A stretch of DNA of 64,000 nt from assembly GCF_009914755.1 (NCBI RefSeq), contig NC_060933.1; one strand, written 5' to 3'. Source of the stretch: the human T2T-CHM13v2.0 reference genome, Homo sapiens. This document shows, one piece after another, positions 29,840 through 64,000 of the stretch (position 1 is the stretch's first letter; each line of letters starts with the position of its first letter). The notes under the pieces are model-generated. The model ran no database searches and had not been told where the DNA came from. It worked only from the letters and a program-made list of their open reading frames with translations. The translations under genes were made by a program, and so were the position numbers.

Positions 29840-31126
29840 AATTTAGTTTTTTTCTAATAGAGCTGATGTCAATTCTACTTTGGAAAAGTGAGTTAGATTA
29901 TGTCACTGAACAGCTTAAATCTCCCTGAAGACTCCCCGTGACCATCCTCACTCCTGGCCCCTGCATACCTGAGCCCCCACATCGCCCCACTCCTTGCCCT
30001 CCCCTCACCCACTCCATGCTGGCCATCCCCTTCTTTTGTTCTGTCGACTTTTCTCTACCTCAGGGTCTTTGTCCTCCCCATTTCCTCCACCTGAATATCC
30101 TGCACCAGATAGCCACATGACTGGCTCCTTCCCATCGTCACCTGAGTGCAGACCACGTGTCTGCACTGGGTCAGTGCCAGTGTTTGTGTGAGTGTTGTCT
30201 GCCCTTCTCCCCAAAAGGCCAGCATCTCAGTGGCGGTGGACCCAGAGGGAGGGAAATCTACCTCAAAGCCCCCAGGTGCTGCTGACTGTCTGCCCACCAC
30301 CCAGGTGGTTGCCCGGGGCATGGCCTGGCCACGTTCTCTTTGCCAGCCTCCAGACGCAGTTCCCAGGCGTCCTTCTGTCCAGCCTGCTCGGCCTAGCCCA
30401 TGCCCAGCAAACCACTAATGACAGGGGCCACCCAGGCTTCTTATTCTTGGTCCTGACATCAACCGCTGACTCAGGCCACAAAGCCATGGGGCCAGAGAGG
30501 GTGGGAGCAAGGATGGGCCTCTGGCGGGGCAGGTGGTCTGTGGTTTGGCGAACAGACATCCACCTGCGAGTCAGATTCAGCCTGGGTGCCTCCCCCTTCC
30601 TCTCCCAAGAGCCCAGGCCGAGCTCCCAGCGCAGCCTCATCTGCTGGCCTTGGCCCATCCAGGGAGCCAGCTGGGCTGAAGGCCCAACCCTGGGGCTACA
30701 ATTAGGTAACATCTCCTTAGTCAACTGGGTCTCAAAGCTCAGTACCTGGCCCAGGGCTCAGTGCACAGCCATTAACGGGCCAGTGTGAGCTTGCATCAGA
30801 TGGTGGTGGGGCTTGTGCACCCAGCCAGCAGGCCCTGTCTCTCCTGCCTCCTCTGCCCGGGACCAAAGTCCTCCTTCTCCAAGTCTGGGGCACCTCCTCC
30901 AAGAAACCCCCAGATGCCCCTGAAGGCATCCTCTCTGCACAAACATGCCTCCTCACTAGGTCCACTGGGGCCCACAGGCTTCCCCTTCCCACCCTCAGCC
31001 CCCTCGATGGAACCCAGGAAGTTCAGAGGGCTGAACGGGAGCTGTTTCCCTCTGTTAGCACCTGACAGCCTCGAAGACATTTTCCCACCCATCCCAGGCT
31101 GTTGGGGTGTCCAGAGCTATGAGTTA

Positions 31127-34715
<3,589 letters not shown>

Positions 34716-35754
34716 TCACTGTGGCATGGCTGCCTGTCCCACCTGTGGATGTTGCCTGTGCTGTGTAGAAGCCACATAGCCTCCGGGGCGGCTCCCCAGA
34801 ATGCCACATTTCCTGTCTCTGGCTCTGATGGCGTCTAGGCTGGCAGGGGTCCCGGCCCCAGCAGTACTGTTGCCGGGCAGAGCTCAGGGCCACGTGCAGT
34901 TGGGTCTGGCTGAGAGCATCTCATGGGTTTATGAGAACCCTTCCAGCACAAAGGGGCATTTATCAGGCAGGGATGGCATGTCTTGGTCTGAACACAGGAA
35001 ACACAGAAATAGCCTTTCACAGAGTGCCAGCAGGGCTGGGCTCGCCTGCTGTGGAGGGTGTCGGCTTTCCAACTCCTTCTCCAAGCTGTGCGACCCGTCC
35101 ATGTTCCCCTGTGAGTTGTTCTGTCCCAGACAGGGCACTCCCTGAGAACGCTCCTGCTGCAACTGGAGGGAGAGAGGCAGGGAGGGGAAAGGGGAAGACT
35201 TGCAGGGAGAAGGAAGAAGGGAGACAGATGGAGACAGACAGAAGGAGGGATGGAAGAAATGAGAGAGAGAGAGGGAGGGAGATGGAAACATAGATTGTCT
35301 CCACTGTGACACCCTGCCTCCATGGTTCTCCATGATGGGAATGGAATTCATGTCTCACCTGGCAGCAAGGGTCTCCACAATATGACTTCACCTTCTTTCT
35401 CTTAGTAAGGCGAGAGCAGACAGGCAGACACTCCAGGAAGCAACTGATGTGTCCCTGAAAATGCCTGTCTTTCCCAGCTTGTACAACTTTGCTTGTGTTA
35501 TTTCTTCTGCCTATAATGACTCTCAAAATATCCAGATTGCAAAAGAATTAAGCCCCTTTTGATACCTATAAATAATTTCTATCATTGTAATATACTAAAA
35601 ACCAATGATAGTAAGGTTTTGGAGAGGTAAAAAGCAGTCTCGTTGCCAGTACAGAGATTGAAGATTCAAAGGCTTCACTAATTAGGATGTGTTTTTCTCT
35701 CACATGAAAAAAGCCTGGATATAGGCAATCTAAGGCCAGCATGGTACCCCCGTA

Positions 35755-36680
<926 letters not shown>

Positions 36681-37290
36681 TAATGTTACTGGGGATCTTT
36701 CTTTTCTGCTTTGCAAAGTGTATAAATTCCATCCTCAAAGTAGCCTCATGGTCCATGAGGGCTGCTGGCTAGCCAACCATCACAGCAGGAAGCAGATGTT
36801 GGGAGCACAGCAGGGCTCATTTCCAGTTGTCCCCTCTTATGGAGCTTTCCAGATGACCCACTCAATTAATTCTTCTTACATTTCATTGCTACCACTATTT
36901 ACAAGGTAGGCTAGGTACAGTGTCCCTCAGAATAAAATCAGAGCTCATTTCCTGCGGAACACAGCTGGGTTATCTGCATTGTCTGCCTCAGGCCAGCACC
37001 TGTAAATACAGCTGGTGGAGAGGGGCAGTGGCTGATTCTTCTGGGTGGCAAATTTTAAAATATATGCCAAGAGTGATTCAAATATTCATTTCCTCTCATG
37101 TAGTCTCAAGTGTGTGACTTTATGTTTGGGAAACCCAAAGAAAGGTGGAGAAGCACATGCAGGAAGATATCCATTGCCCCCTGATTGTTAAGCATGACAA
37201 GTCAGAAACAACTGAAATTTCCAACAGTGGGAAAAACACAAGCATGCTATGTTCTGAAATTCACTTGGTGGAATGTTCCGTCAGTCACTG

Positions 37291-37651
37291 TGATATGGTT
37301 TGGCTGTGTCCCCGCCCAAATCTCATCTTGAATTGTAGCTCCCATAATTCCCTTGTGTTGTGGGAGGGACCCAGTGGGAGATAAATGAATCATGGGGGCG
37401 GTTTCCCCCATACTGTTCTCGTGGTAGTGAATAAGGATCATGAGATCTGATGGTTTAATATGGGGAAACCCCTGTCTCTTCGCTGTCATTCTTCTCATGT
37501 CTGCCACCATGTGAGACGTGCCTTTCGCCTTCCATCATGATTGTGAGGCCTCCCCAGCCACATGGAACTGTGAGTCGGTTAAATCTCTTTCTTTTGTAAA
37601 TTGCCCAGTCTCCAGTATGTCTTTATAGCAGCATGAAAACTGACTAATACA
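37291..37651 (+). mobile_element. THE1 (ERVL-MaLR) solo LTR, full length
   Basis: tgatatggtttggctgtgtccc...aaactgactaataca, with TG...CA termini and a 5-bp TSD cactg/cacta. Confidence 0.93.
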
Positions 37652-37892
37652 CACTACACACTGTAAATGTTAGTCATGGAGGATGTGTACCAACATGGAA
37701 GAGTGTTTACAATGTATCTTTAGAGAAAAGATGGACTATCCAAGTATGCATACTGGAATTATCACTAGATTACCATACATCTGGGTGAGGAGCAGAACAG
37801 AGACATAAGGTGAGTTTGTGGGCAAGGTTTTCTTTTTAAACTTCCCAAAAGCTTGCTTTACATACATGTAGGCTTAAATAATTTTTTTTTGA

Positions 37893-38001
<109 letters not shown>

Positions 38002-38040
38002 TAGCTGGGATTACAGGCACCCGCCTCCAAGCCCAGCTAA

Positions 38041-38265
<225 letters not shown>

Positions 38266-38860
38266 TAAAAACTGTCCATGTTTTGATATTGTATCCTCAG
38301 TAACAGCAACCGTGAACCTCAGAGGCAGCCAAGGGTGAGTATTTATGTCTTGCTCTTGCACCTGTGGGTTGGTTGGCATTTGGCTGATCTTGGTGGACTT
38401 GGTCCCAACTGTGGCCTTGCTCTGTGTGTCTCTCATTCTCCTGGGCCCACCTGGTTCTCAGGAAATGTTCCTCCCATATGGAAAGTCAGAAGCTGCCAGA
38501 GAGGCAAGTGGAGCATGCAAGACAACTGATGGCATAGTCTCAGAACTGACCATGAATACTGCTCTCCACTTTCCATTGACCAAAGCAAGTCCAACGTTGT
38601 GGGAAAGGGTCCCTCACCCACAGTGGGAGGTGAGGGGTGTGGACACTTGCCACTTGCTGATTGATGACCAAAATATCCCAGGTATATACCCTTTCACACT
38701 TTTCCTATGCTTTTTTAAATAAAGACACTCTTTACCAATCAGAATCACTCTACATATTGTTTTGCCACTCAGTTATATGTATGACTACATCTTTTTATGT
38801 CATAAAAATTCTTCTGCAACATGTGACTGCTTGCAATTCTATTTTGTGGTCATATCATGA

Positions 38861-39226
<366 letters not shown>

Positions 39227-39294
39227 TAATGGCCATCCTCTCCTGGTATATAAATCTCTGCACACATACTTGAGTGATTTAAGAATTAATTGCC

Positions 39295-39820
39295 AGCCTC
39301 AGGATGGCCCCCAATGATCCTTGCTTCCGTATTCATAACCAGCATAGTCTCCCTTCCCAGTAAATCAGGGAGACTGCATGTGGCCAGTAAATTCCAGCAG
39401 AGGTAGATGGTGTGTGACGTCTAAGGCTGGGTCATAAAGCACACTGTGGCTTCAGACTTTCCCTTCTGGACTGCTCATTTTAGGGGAAGCCAGCCACCAT
39501 GTCATAAGGACAAAGCAGCCCTGAGGAGAACCAATCCCTTGGGGAGGAACTCGGCCCCCAGTCAGCAGCCAATACCAACTTGCCCATGTGTGAGTTAGTC
39601 ATCACCTTGAAAGTGGATCTGCTGTCCCAGCCAAGCCTTCAGATGAGACCACAGCTCTGGCCAACACCTGACTGCAGCCTCATGAGAGACCCAGAGAACC
39701 ATCCTGTTGAGTCTCTCTTGAATTCTTGGCCCATAGAAATTGCTAGTGATAGTAAATTATTCTTGTTTTTTAAACCACTAAGTTTTAGGTTAATTTATTA
39801 CACAGCAGGAATGATAACTT
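39295..39820 (+). mobile_element. MLT1-family MaLR LTR; further degraded MLT1-like pieces at ~38300-38600, ~47340-47815 and ~59990-60365
   Basis: Motifs gatggcccccaatgatcc, cagccaagccttcagatgagaccacagc and ttttaaaccactaagttttagg. Confidence 0.7.
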
Positions 39821-40412
39821 AAATGGTGACTATTTTGGTCAAAAGAGGCCAGGCTCTGCTACAGTATCAAATAAACCACACTTGATGGCTAATACAATAA
39901 GGTTTATTTCATACTCACTTACACCTGATGTGGGTAGGAGGGCTCTCCTGCTTGGCACGCAAGTCCCAGGGATGCAGAGTATTTTCACCTAGAAGCAGGT
40001 CACTTCTTCTCACATTCAGGTGGTGAGAAAGCTGTGTTATCACACCCAGGAGCATGGAGCCAAGAAACATAGTTTAGTTGTATGCCCCAGAATATAACTA
40101 AATAAACGTTTAGTATTGCCTCTGCCACAGTGAATCAAGAGAAATGAAAGTGACTACTATGTATTTGAAAAGTAAAAATTCCCAGAAGTACAGAAATGCA
40201 TATTGAAACTGATTCATGATTTTTCACTTCCTGTGGAATAAACAAAACTCCCTTTTTGAAATCTGAGAATATCCAAACTTCCACAATTGCTACAGGATAA
40301 ACACTTCCATATACAGCTGGTAGGAATAAGAATAGGCTTGACTTTTCCAGATGAGAAAGTTGCAAGATTTATCCACAGCCTTTAAAATATTTATATTCCT
40401 TGACCCAAATAA

Positions 40413-40586
<174 letters not shown>

Positions 40587-41171
40587 TGAGTAGCTGGGAC
40601 TACAGGCGCCCGCCACCACGCCTGGCTAATTTTTTGTATTTTTAGTAGAGACGAGGTTTCACTGTGTTAGCCAGGATGGTCTCTATCTCCTGACCTCGTG
40701 ATCCCCCTGCCTCGGCCTCCCAAAGTGTTGGGATTACAGGCGTGAGCCACTGCGCCCAGCCAGGGAGATATTTTTTAATAAGATAAAAGCTTTATGCATA
40801 ATTCACCATGGCATTATATGTAATAAGGAAAAGTTGTAGGCAACTTAGATGTATGCCAGAGAAAAGATAAATTACGGTACCGCCATATGATAGAATATGT
40901 GCAAGCATTACAGGAAGTACAGTGGAGCCCGTCAAAGCTGACTCTACAGCCTTTCTTGGAAAAGACTGCAGAGCTGAATAATCAGCAATGATGTAAATGC
41001 AGATACATAGGAAATAAACATTGAAATGTTACCAGTGGTGTCCTCTGGGTGATGGGATGAGATTTGCTTCCTCTGTGCCCTTGCCGTCCTTTCCCAGTTC
41101 CCCCAGGGGGCACATGGCACATTTGTAGCCCTGCTGGTCTTTCCCTGTCCATCTGTTTATTTGTTAGATAA

Positions 41172-41405
<234 letters not shown>

Positions 41406-43042
41406 TAGAGACGGGGTTTCACCATGTTGGTGAGGTTGAACTCCTGACCTCAGGTGATCCACCTGCCTCAGCCTCCCAAAGTGCTGGGATTACAGGCATG
41501 AGCCACTGCGCCCAGCACAGAGGTTCCTTTTGACTCAGTGTCCTGGATTGCAAATGAAGCAGGTGAGGCAGTAATAGTGGGGCCTCACAGTTGTGCCATG
41601 ATGGGTCAGGACCGTGGGGTCTGAGTACGGAAAAGACTGAAGAACATAGAGTTCTTGGAAAGCTTCACAGAGGAGGACAAAAATAAGAGAGAGTGTGGAG
41701 AGAGAGAAAGAAGGGAGTAGGGAGAGGGAGGGAGGAAAAGGGGTGATGGGGACCGAGCCTCTCCCATTGCTCCCCGACCCCAGCACACCTGCATGGTCTG
41801 GTTGTCCCCTGAGGCCGCTGCCCACCTTCTTGCTGACTTTGCTAGGGCTACGGTGACCATGAGCTCCCTCTAGCAAGTAGAGCTGTCCACGACCAGTGCG
41901 CCCCCATCTGCAGTGATTGGCTTGGGCCCTTGTGACATGAGGGCTTGCTTCCCGCAGCCTTGCAACAGGTATCCTTGGCCAGGATTGGCCCCTTTCCACT
42001 CTCCCAGTGGCCGTTGGACATGAGTGTCCAGCTCCCCAACTAGGGTGGCAGTTCTGGCTTTGGTATAGGACACATCATCACCAAAGGCCAGTAACCACAA
42101 CCATCACCCATCCCTGCACTCAGAGTTTGAGGTGGGGGCCACCCCTGGGGTGAGGCACCAGCTCGCAGAGGCCTTGGGGTCAGGTGGCAATGCTTGCCCC
42201 AGCGGGTTCTAACAGCTGCCCTCACTCCCTGGGACTCATTGCTGTCCTTGGGGTGTGGTGAAAGACAGGGAGCAATTACTGTCACTAGGATCTGCTTACA
42301 GTGTCTGCCCTTAACCCTGGTGTCCACAAGACTGTAGGACAGAGGAGTCAGAAGCTCTTTTCTCTGTTAAAAATTCTAAACATAGTAGAAAATAGCAGCA
42401 TTTATTTCCCTCCTTTTTTCCCCTTGTTTCTGTGAATTTGCTTTAAACATAAATGTCAATTAAAGTGGACTCCGATTATCATTTTTCTTCCTTCTCTCCA
42501 TACTGGGCTCATGTGCTGGCCCGCTTGGGAATGAGGGAGGCACCCATTCTTCCCAAGATGGATTCCAGAAGCAACATGAGGCCTCTGGTCGTGGAGATAC
42601 GGAGGTAGGTGAAATGCTTGTACTTCATCTCCAGGTCAGGTGAGAGTGAATGTTTTAAAGGCAGCATCACAACTTATCACCAAATGTGTGTCCTCCCTCT
42701 GGTGTCCAGCCTGACCTTGGGAGATGGTGGCCAGAGAATTCATCCTTGGGCACGCTGCCAGAGTTGGGCCTCATCTCTGGGATGCTGTTGGCCTTCTCCT
42801 CAGGGTTGCTGCCTCCTGGTCACAATAGGGCTGCTTGAGGTCCAGACAGCATGTCTGTGTGAAGTCCAGGGAGAAACAGGGAGGAGATCACAAGCCACAT
42901 GGGCCCCCTTTTCTCTTAAAAGCAAAGGCCCTAAATTTCCCCGGTAGACTGCACCTTAAGTTTCAGGGCCACCCTTATCTTTGAGGAAGGCTGGGAAATA
43001 CGGAACTGAATTGGCCACATCTTGACCTGTCACCTGGACTGA

Positions 43043-43222
<180 letters not shown>

Positions 43223-43409
43223 TAGCTGGGATTACAGGCGCCCACCATGACGCCTAGCTAATTTTTGTATTTTTAGTAAAGACTGTATTTTTAGTAGTTT
43301 CACCATGTTGGCCAGGCTGGTCTCGAACTCCTGACTGCAGGTAGCAGTGCTACCTGAAGTCCTACCCAGAGTGCTGGGATTACAGGCATGAGCCACCTTG
43401 CCCCACCAC

Positions 43410-46370
<2,961 letters not shown>

Positions 46371-47989
46371 ATAGAAGAAAATGTGTCAGTGAATGCGGCA
46401 GGTAGCAATAAGGAGATGACTTCCCAGTGCCTGCTCAGTGCTAACACGGGGCAGTGAGGCTCCGGGAGGTGATGGGGGAAGGGTGTCAATGGAGCCATCC
46501 AAAGCCAGCACATGGTGTTTAGGATTTAGAAGACAAGCAAACAAGTGCAGCGTGGCCTGAGGCTGTGCTTTTTCTGCGCTGGTCATGCTGGGACCCAAGA
46601 GGCATTGGTACTGTGCTATCCGCCTCCCTGCCTCCCCTCCACACTTTCTCTCACACGCCCCTCCCCTCTTAGTTGACTATAAACCTATTTTCACAAGTGT
46701 TCAGTGTGAGAAGGGCTCTTGACTAAGTTAAGGCTCAGGCACTGGGCTCGGAAGCGGCTGAGCGCCCAACCCCGTGTGTGGGACCGCTGCCTGCGCAGAG
46801 GGGGCAGCCCAGTGTGGGGCCTCCGCAGAACGTCACTTCAGCCTCTTTGTTCACTGGCATCTGTGGAGCCTTTTCCATTCTGGGCTGCCATCCCTTTGGC
46901 ACCCAGAGGGCTTTCCTGACACCCAAACAGCAGATGGTCAGGAAATGAAGACTCACACTAACATCAACCAGAGGAAAATCTAATTCAATTGGTAGAATCT
47001 GCAGTCAGGGAAGCATGTGGCTGGACACATGTCATCTTCTTAGGGCAATGCCCTCTGCCAGTGGGACAGTAAGTGCTAGAAACCGTGGGTGGTGTGGCCT
47101 TCGAAGGCCAATGACCTACAACCAACAGCTGGGCAGGCCGGGGCTGGTGGGAGTTTATGTCCTCCTCTGGGTCAGCTTCTCTCCTAGGCTCACGGGAGTC
47201 CCTAGGCTTCAGGCCTGGGTTCCCTTCTCCCTGCTGCAGGTACGGGGTTACTGGGGGATGCTCAGCTGGAGCACCTGCCGTGAGCCAGGCCCTGCGCCAG
47301 GGGCTCTATATGCTTTGTCACTCAGGGCTAAGTGTCGCTATGAGTGACACAAACGGCAAAGTACCAGTTGCTTAAACAAGACAGTCATTTCTTTACTACA
47401 CAAATGATGTCTGGAGGCATGCTGTACATGGCTGCGGTGGCAGCTCCACATTCTCAGACACCCATTTCCTCCCAGCTTCCTGCCCTGGCTTTCTCCACGT
47501 GTAGCCTCCACCTCATGACCTAAGATAGCTGCTTGAGTTCCAGTCATCAAGCTTGCATCCCAGCCAGCAGGAAGGAGGAAGGGAGGAAGAAAGGTGCGCT
47601 CTGACCCTCCAAGACACTTCTCAGAGCTTTCTGGACACTTTCACTCATGTGTCGTGGCCAGAACTTCACCAAGTGGCCATACCTAGCTACAACGGAAGCT
47701 GGGAGATGTAGTTTCTACTCCAGGCAACCATGTTCTCAACTAAAGTTCAGGGTTTCTATGCCTAAGGAAGAAAAAGAGAATGAATAGCGGAGGACACTTA
47801 GCCATCTCAGCTACACACACCTAATTTCTATAAGTTCTAGTAATATTTAAACGTTTAAACCTTATTTATATATTTTTGTTATAGACTAATCACACAGTAT
47901 GAAATTCAAAATGGTGTATGGTTAACCTTTCCTTCCCTCTCCTATCCCCAAGGTGCCCAGTGCTACCAAAGGCCATCTAGGCCAGCAGC

Positions 47990-48170
47990 CCTCAAAGAGG
48001 ATCCCAGGACCACAGTGCCAGCATCCTTGGAAACGTGTTGGAAATGCAGATTCTCAGGCCCTGGCCTCTTCCACCCCACTGATTTAGAAGGTCTGAGGGT
48101 GAGGCCAGGAGTCTATATTTTAGCAAGCCTGCTGGGGGCTCTGATGCCTGCTGACCATCCCCGGGTTGTG
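47990..48170. mobile_element. MER5A-like hAT-Charlie DNA transposon fossil; another fragment at ~32920-33030
   Basis: ttggaaatgcagattctcaggccc...tctgagggtgaggccaggagtct. Confidence 0.75.
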
Positions 48171-48524
48171 CGAAATCAGGCTGATACATCTATCTGTAGG
48201 TCTCCCTGGCCCCCATCTGCACCACTCTCACATTTCAGTGAACAACTTTCAGCACTGTTAGTTTTCCCCTTTCTATTCGTTTATTTATTTATTTTTATTT
48301 TATTTTATTTTTTGAGATGGAGTTTCACTTTGCTGCCCAGGGTATAGTGCAGTGGCAGGATCTCAGCTCACTGCAATCTCCACCTCCTGGGTTCAACAGA
48401 TTCTCGTGCCTCAGCCTCCTGAGTAGCTGGGACTACAGGCGCCCGCCACCACGCCTGGCTAATTTTGTATTTTTAGTACAGACTGGGTTTCACCATGTTG
48501 GTCAGGCTGGTCTCGAACTCCTGA

Positions 48525-48950
<426 letters not shown>

Positions 48951-49055
48951 TAGTAAGATATAATTCACATACCATACAATGCACCCGTTTAAAGTGTATG
49001 ATTCAGTACTTTCTAGTATATTCACAGAGTGGTACATCTATCACCACAATTTTAG

Positions 49056-49395
<340 letters not shown>

Positions 49396-49890
49396 TGAAT
49401 ACTGATGTTTAACTGTTTACATTTTCAAAAGGCCTCCCAGCCATGCCTGTCCCCACTGCCCCACCCAGGCAGCCATGGTTATTTATGTATTTAGGTCTTC
49501 TGTTTCCTTCCAGAATGTCTTTTTGTAGATGTGTGAAGCAAACACAAACATAGGCTGTCTATCCACACGGATGGACAAGGGTAGGGGCCTTCTCTCAGTC
49601 CCGCACTTTGCTTCTGTCTGTGACTCTTCTGTTTGGTAACAGAACCACTAGGCAGGCCCCTGGAGGGTCGGGGGGCATCTTGGGCAATAGGTTCTGCTTG
49701 CAGCAGGAGCAGGACCACGAAGCTTCCAGTCCTTACAGTCAGACGTCAGCATGGGGCTGTGGGCTCCAGGAGAGTGACATTCCTTCTCCCATACTCCCCC
49801 AACAGATCCCCGACTCTAAACTCCAGAACCTGGCTCCTGGCTCCTGGGGGTCCTGCCTGGACTTCCCTATGGCTATTTTATTTTATTTGA

Positions 49891-50230
<340 letters not shown>

Positions 50231-50864
50231 TGAGCTCGCCAGAACATGGTCTCTGTTTCTCTTTATTGCCACGTGCCTGGGCTCAGCAGGGGGTCTGTAT
50301 GAGGCACATCCTCACAAATGTTTGTTGAATGAATGAGTGAGTCAGTCAGTCAGTCCCTGTTCTAGAGTTTAGTAACCCTAGAACTTTGAGCACTCACTAC
50401 ATTTCCCTGAGCCTTGGTTTTTTCTGTTGAATGGGGATGAGAATCTTGACCTCACAGGGTGGGGGTAGCATGAAATGAGGAATGGCTGTGGTCTAGTGCT
50501 GGACCTGGACCAGGGAAGGGGAAATGTTTTCCTTTCCTTCCCTTCCTGGGAAAATGACAGTAGCCTTGAGCACAGATGCTGGTCTGTCAAGTTTATCATT
50601 TCTAACTCCCATGTTCTCAGAGCCCCTCATTAAGCCAGTCAGCCTTGATAACCAGCCCGCGCGGACAGGGAGGGAGGGCAGCAGGCGCGTCCCAGGACTG
50701 GGACGACAGGGTTGGCGATGCCTACAGCCGCCAGCAGGGGCCGCAGCGCACCTGGGCTCTGAGAGCAGGCCTGGTGTGGGAGGGGAAAGGAGGTGACCAG
50801 GGGCCCAGAGGGGAGGGGCAGGGCCTCGGCCAGAGTGTGGCGGTCTGGCCAAAAGATTGATGGC

Positions 50865-52845
<1,981 letters not shown>

Positions 52846-54143
52846 TAAACTGTGCTGTTCAGCTTGAGAATTTTGTAGCGGATGGTTGGGCATTTCCCTG
52901 CAATGCTGGCCTCTTGGCAACCTCCAGGATGTTGTTACGCATTTCTGCCCAATTTCCAGAACTTTTGACCTTTCTAATTCATGTTCTCATTCATTCACCC
53001 CATGATTCTTTCTCTGGGCTGGAATGTAATGGCCGATCTGGTGGTCGGCAGTGTGTCCAGCGAGGCAGAGCTGAGGGGCCGGGCGGTGCAGGCAGAGGCA
53101 GGGCTATTCACTGTCCCAGGGCAGTGACATGACAGATGTGAATGCAGTAAGGCACCTCTGGGCAGACACCTGTCAGGGACTTGGGAGGGGCTTCCTGCAT
53201 CCACTGGAGGTTAGACCTGACCATCCTGACTTTTTGTGTCATGTACAACTTATGCACATTTTCAAAACAATTCCAAAGTTACAAACAATATCTCTGAGTA
53301 AATTAACATATTCAACAGAATGACAAATTAATGTTGTGTTACAAGTGGCCCTGCTGCAGAACCATCCAAAGCTGTGTCCCTTTCAGTGAGCTGCTGGCAG
53401 GCCTGAGGGCCATGAGGAGGGGCATGGGCAGGCCTGGGGGTTTCTGCTGATCCCTGCCTGGAGTTGGGCCTCTCGGGAGGTTGCCTGGTGACCTGTGAGA
53501 TGGGGTTGTGACTGGCAGGAACCCAGGTATGAACTAAGTGCCAAGTCATTCCAGCAGCCTCCCCTCATGTGGCACAGTGAGGACAGGGACCTTGGGCAGT
53601 GGTAATATGCCAACCCGGTCCCAGCATCCCTCACTGTCCAGGGTTTAGGAAGGGTGGACTCAGGAGTTTGGGGTCTTGGGTGCATAGAACTACAGTAGCT
53701 GATACAGCCTGGGCCACCAGCTCCAAGCCCTGCAGATATCCACTCTGCCCCCTCAGTGGCCTTGTGGGACCAGCAGTGCCATGACACCATTTGTAGACAG
53801 GAAACTGAGGCCCAGGAGGTGAGGTTGTGGCAGTGCCCCCAGACTAGAGCATCTCTTCCTCAGGCAGGTGTGGCCTGGGGTGGCCTTGGGTAGGACTTGA
53901 ATGGAGGCCATCAGGCCCCCGGGGTCACACTTCCAGTGGCCACAGCCCCAGCACTCGTCTTGGGCTCAGGGGTTGCCTTCAGAGCCTAGTGGAGGCCTTG
54001 CTCATTGAAATCCCATCATGATTCACCTCCAGCGGCTCAGGCTCTGCTGAGGACTGGGGAGGCGCCCAGGGTCAGCTGGACACAGTTCTCATGCTAAGAC
54101 CTGCTGGCAAGGGAGATGGTGACACTTTAATTGAAGGGCGATG

Positions 54144-62854
<8,711 letters not shown>

Positions 62855-62909
62855 TAATTCTCTACTTACATTTGTCCCTTTATTTCCTGGGTTGTCAGTC
62901 CTGCATTCT

Positions 62910-63268
62910 ATTTAGTGCCACACTTTCTGGGTTTTTTTTGGTGATTTTGTTGTTTCAAATGGCTGCAGGCACCATGCTGAAGAGCTGCCCTGTGTTCTTA
63001 AGCATAGAGAAGCTGTGATGTGCCTAGGGGAGAAAATGTGTATTAGAGAAGCTTCCATCACATGTGAGTTATGGTGCTGTTGACTGAGGTTCCCTGTTAA
63101 CGAATCAACTGCCCATCCAGAAAGAGGAGAGGAAGTGTGCCGATCTGTACATGGAGCTGATTGGAAAGTGTGTTGTGTTTTGCTGGGACACAATGGTTTG
63201 GGATTCGCTAATTCAGTGTTCGAAGAGACTACAAAGCATGACTCCCCCAGATCCAAGAATCGACTGTA
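62910..63268. mobile_element. MER44/Tigger7-like TcMar-Tigger DNA transposon fossil
   Basis: agaagctgtgatgtgccta.ggagaaaat, ttcgctaattcagtgttcg and the terminal gaatcgactgta resemble the MER44 consensus as I recall it. Confidence 0.7.
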
Positions 63269-64000
63269 TAAGCCGTAGATCTAGCTCCTGGATTGTGTGG
63301 CATTCTTAGAAAGCCCTCCCGCTTGGATCCTCTAGGAAATGACTTTGTCTCATCATCTTCTTCTTCGTCTCCTAATCCTGGGCTCCGTGCCCCTCGTCTG
63401 GGCAGCTTCCCGGCTATCCCGGGTGGATGATGCCTCCCACATGGTCTGTCACATGCTACAGTCATTTTCCAAGGCGAGCACTGGGCCATGTGCACAGCAG
63501 GCCGTTTGCTAGCGGCCTCACGTCTTCCCCGGGCACACCTTCAGTCTGAATGAGCCAGGCACTTCCAGGGACAGGCACAAGCAACTTGGACTGAGTCTGC
63601 TGGAAAAAAACAGAAATCTGGCAGGCAAGTTCATCAATAAGTGGAAAAAACCCTCTTCTATATTCACATGGAGAATGATGCGGCCCCTTTGGGGGTTCTC
63701 AAGGGGACTTGGTCGGCTCCAATTGCCAGGCTGCCTGGGGCCCCACTGAGTGCAAATTGGAAACTCTGGGCAGGAGAGACCCCTGCCAGCCCCAGGCCTG
63801 AGTCAGGTCGCCCAGCTGGGAGGACAACCCGGCCTTGGCCACGGTCAGAACCTGCCTGGACAGCAGGCATAGACTCTGGTCCGAGGACCCCACCAAGCCC
63901 ATTGGGTGGGGGCCGAAACTTGTGGCTGCCCGGTTCCTTCTTTCTGCTCTGTCCACACAGACCCCCGCTGGCTCTGTGGTCCTGACACACCTGTTGCTGT

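Overview
This is GC-rich, Alu-dense primate DNA. The translated exons match human CARD19 and NINJ1 as I recall them (chr9q22.31). The + strand carries the last four coding exons of CARD19 (C9orf89/BinCARD) at 1187-3725, with a poly(A) signal at 3880. The - strand carries the complete 4-exon NINJ1 gene: 152 aa, ATG at 24830, stop at 15521, a UTR-only last exon at 12841-~12114 and a CpG-island promoter at ~24.3-25.35 kb. The two genes converge across an ~8.2 kb gap. The remaining ~38 kb is intergenic and holds about 35 Alus, old L1 pieces, MaLR/ERV LTRs and DNA transposon fossils. Almost all entries in the ORF track are artefacts of GC content or repeats. I found no prokaryote-type system. The most unusual structure is at the 3' end of NINJ1. 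The last exon is one open frame of 236 codons that ends inside AATAAA and is in phase with exon 2 if exon 3 is skipped. Exon 3 is bracketed by inverted Alus. The last acceptor is the terminal copy of a 9-unit array of look-alike 3' splice sites. Together these suggest an untested exon-3-skipped NINJ1 isoform of 337 aa. Exon coordinates were counted by hand; repeat boundaries and subfamily names are approximate and by eye.
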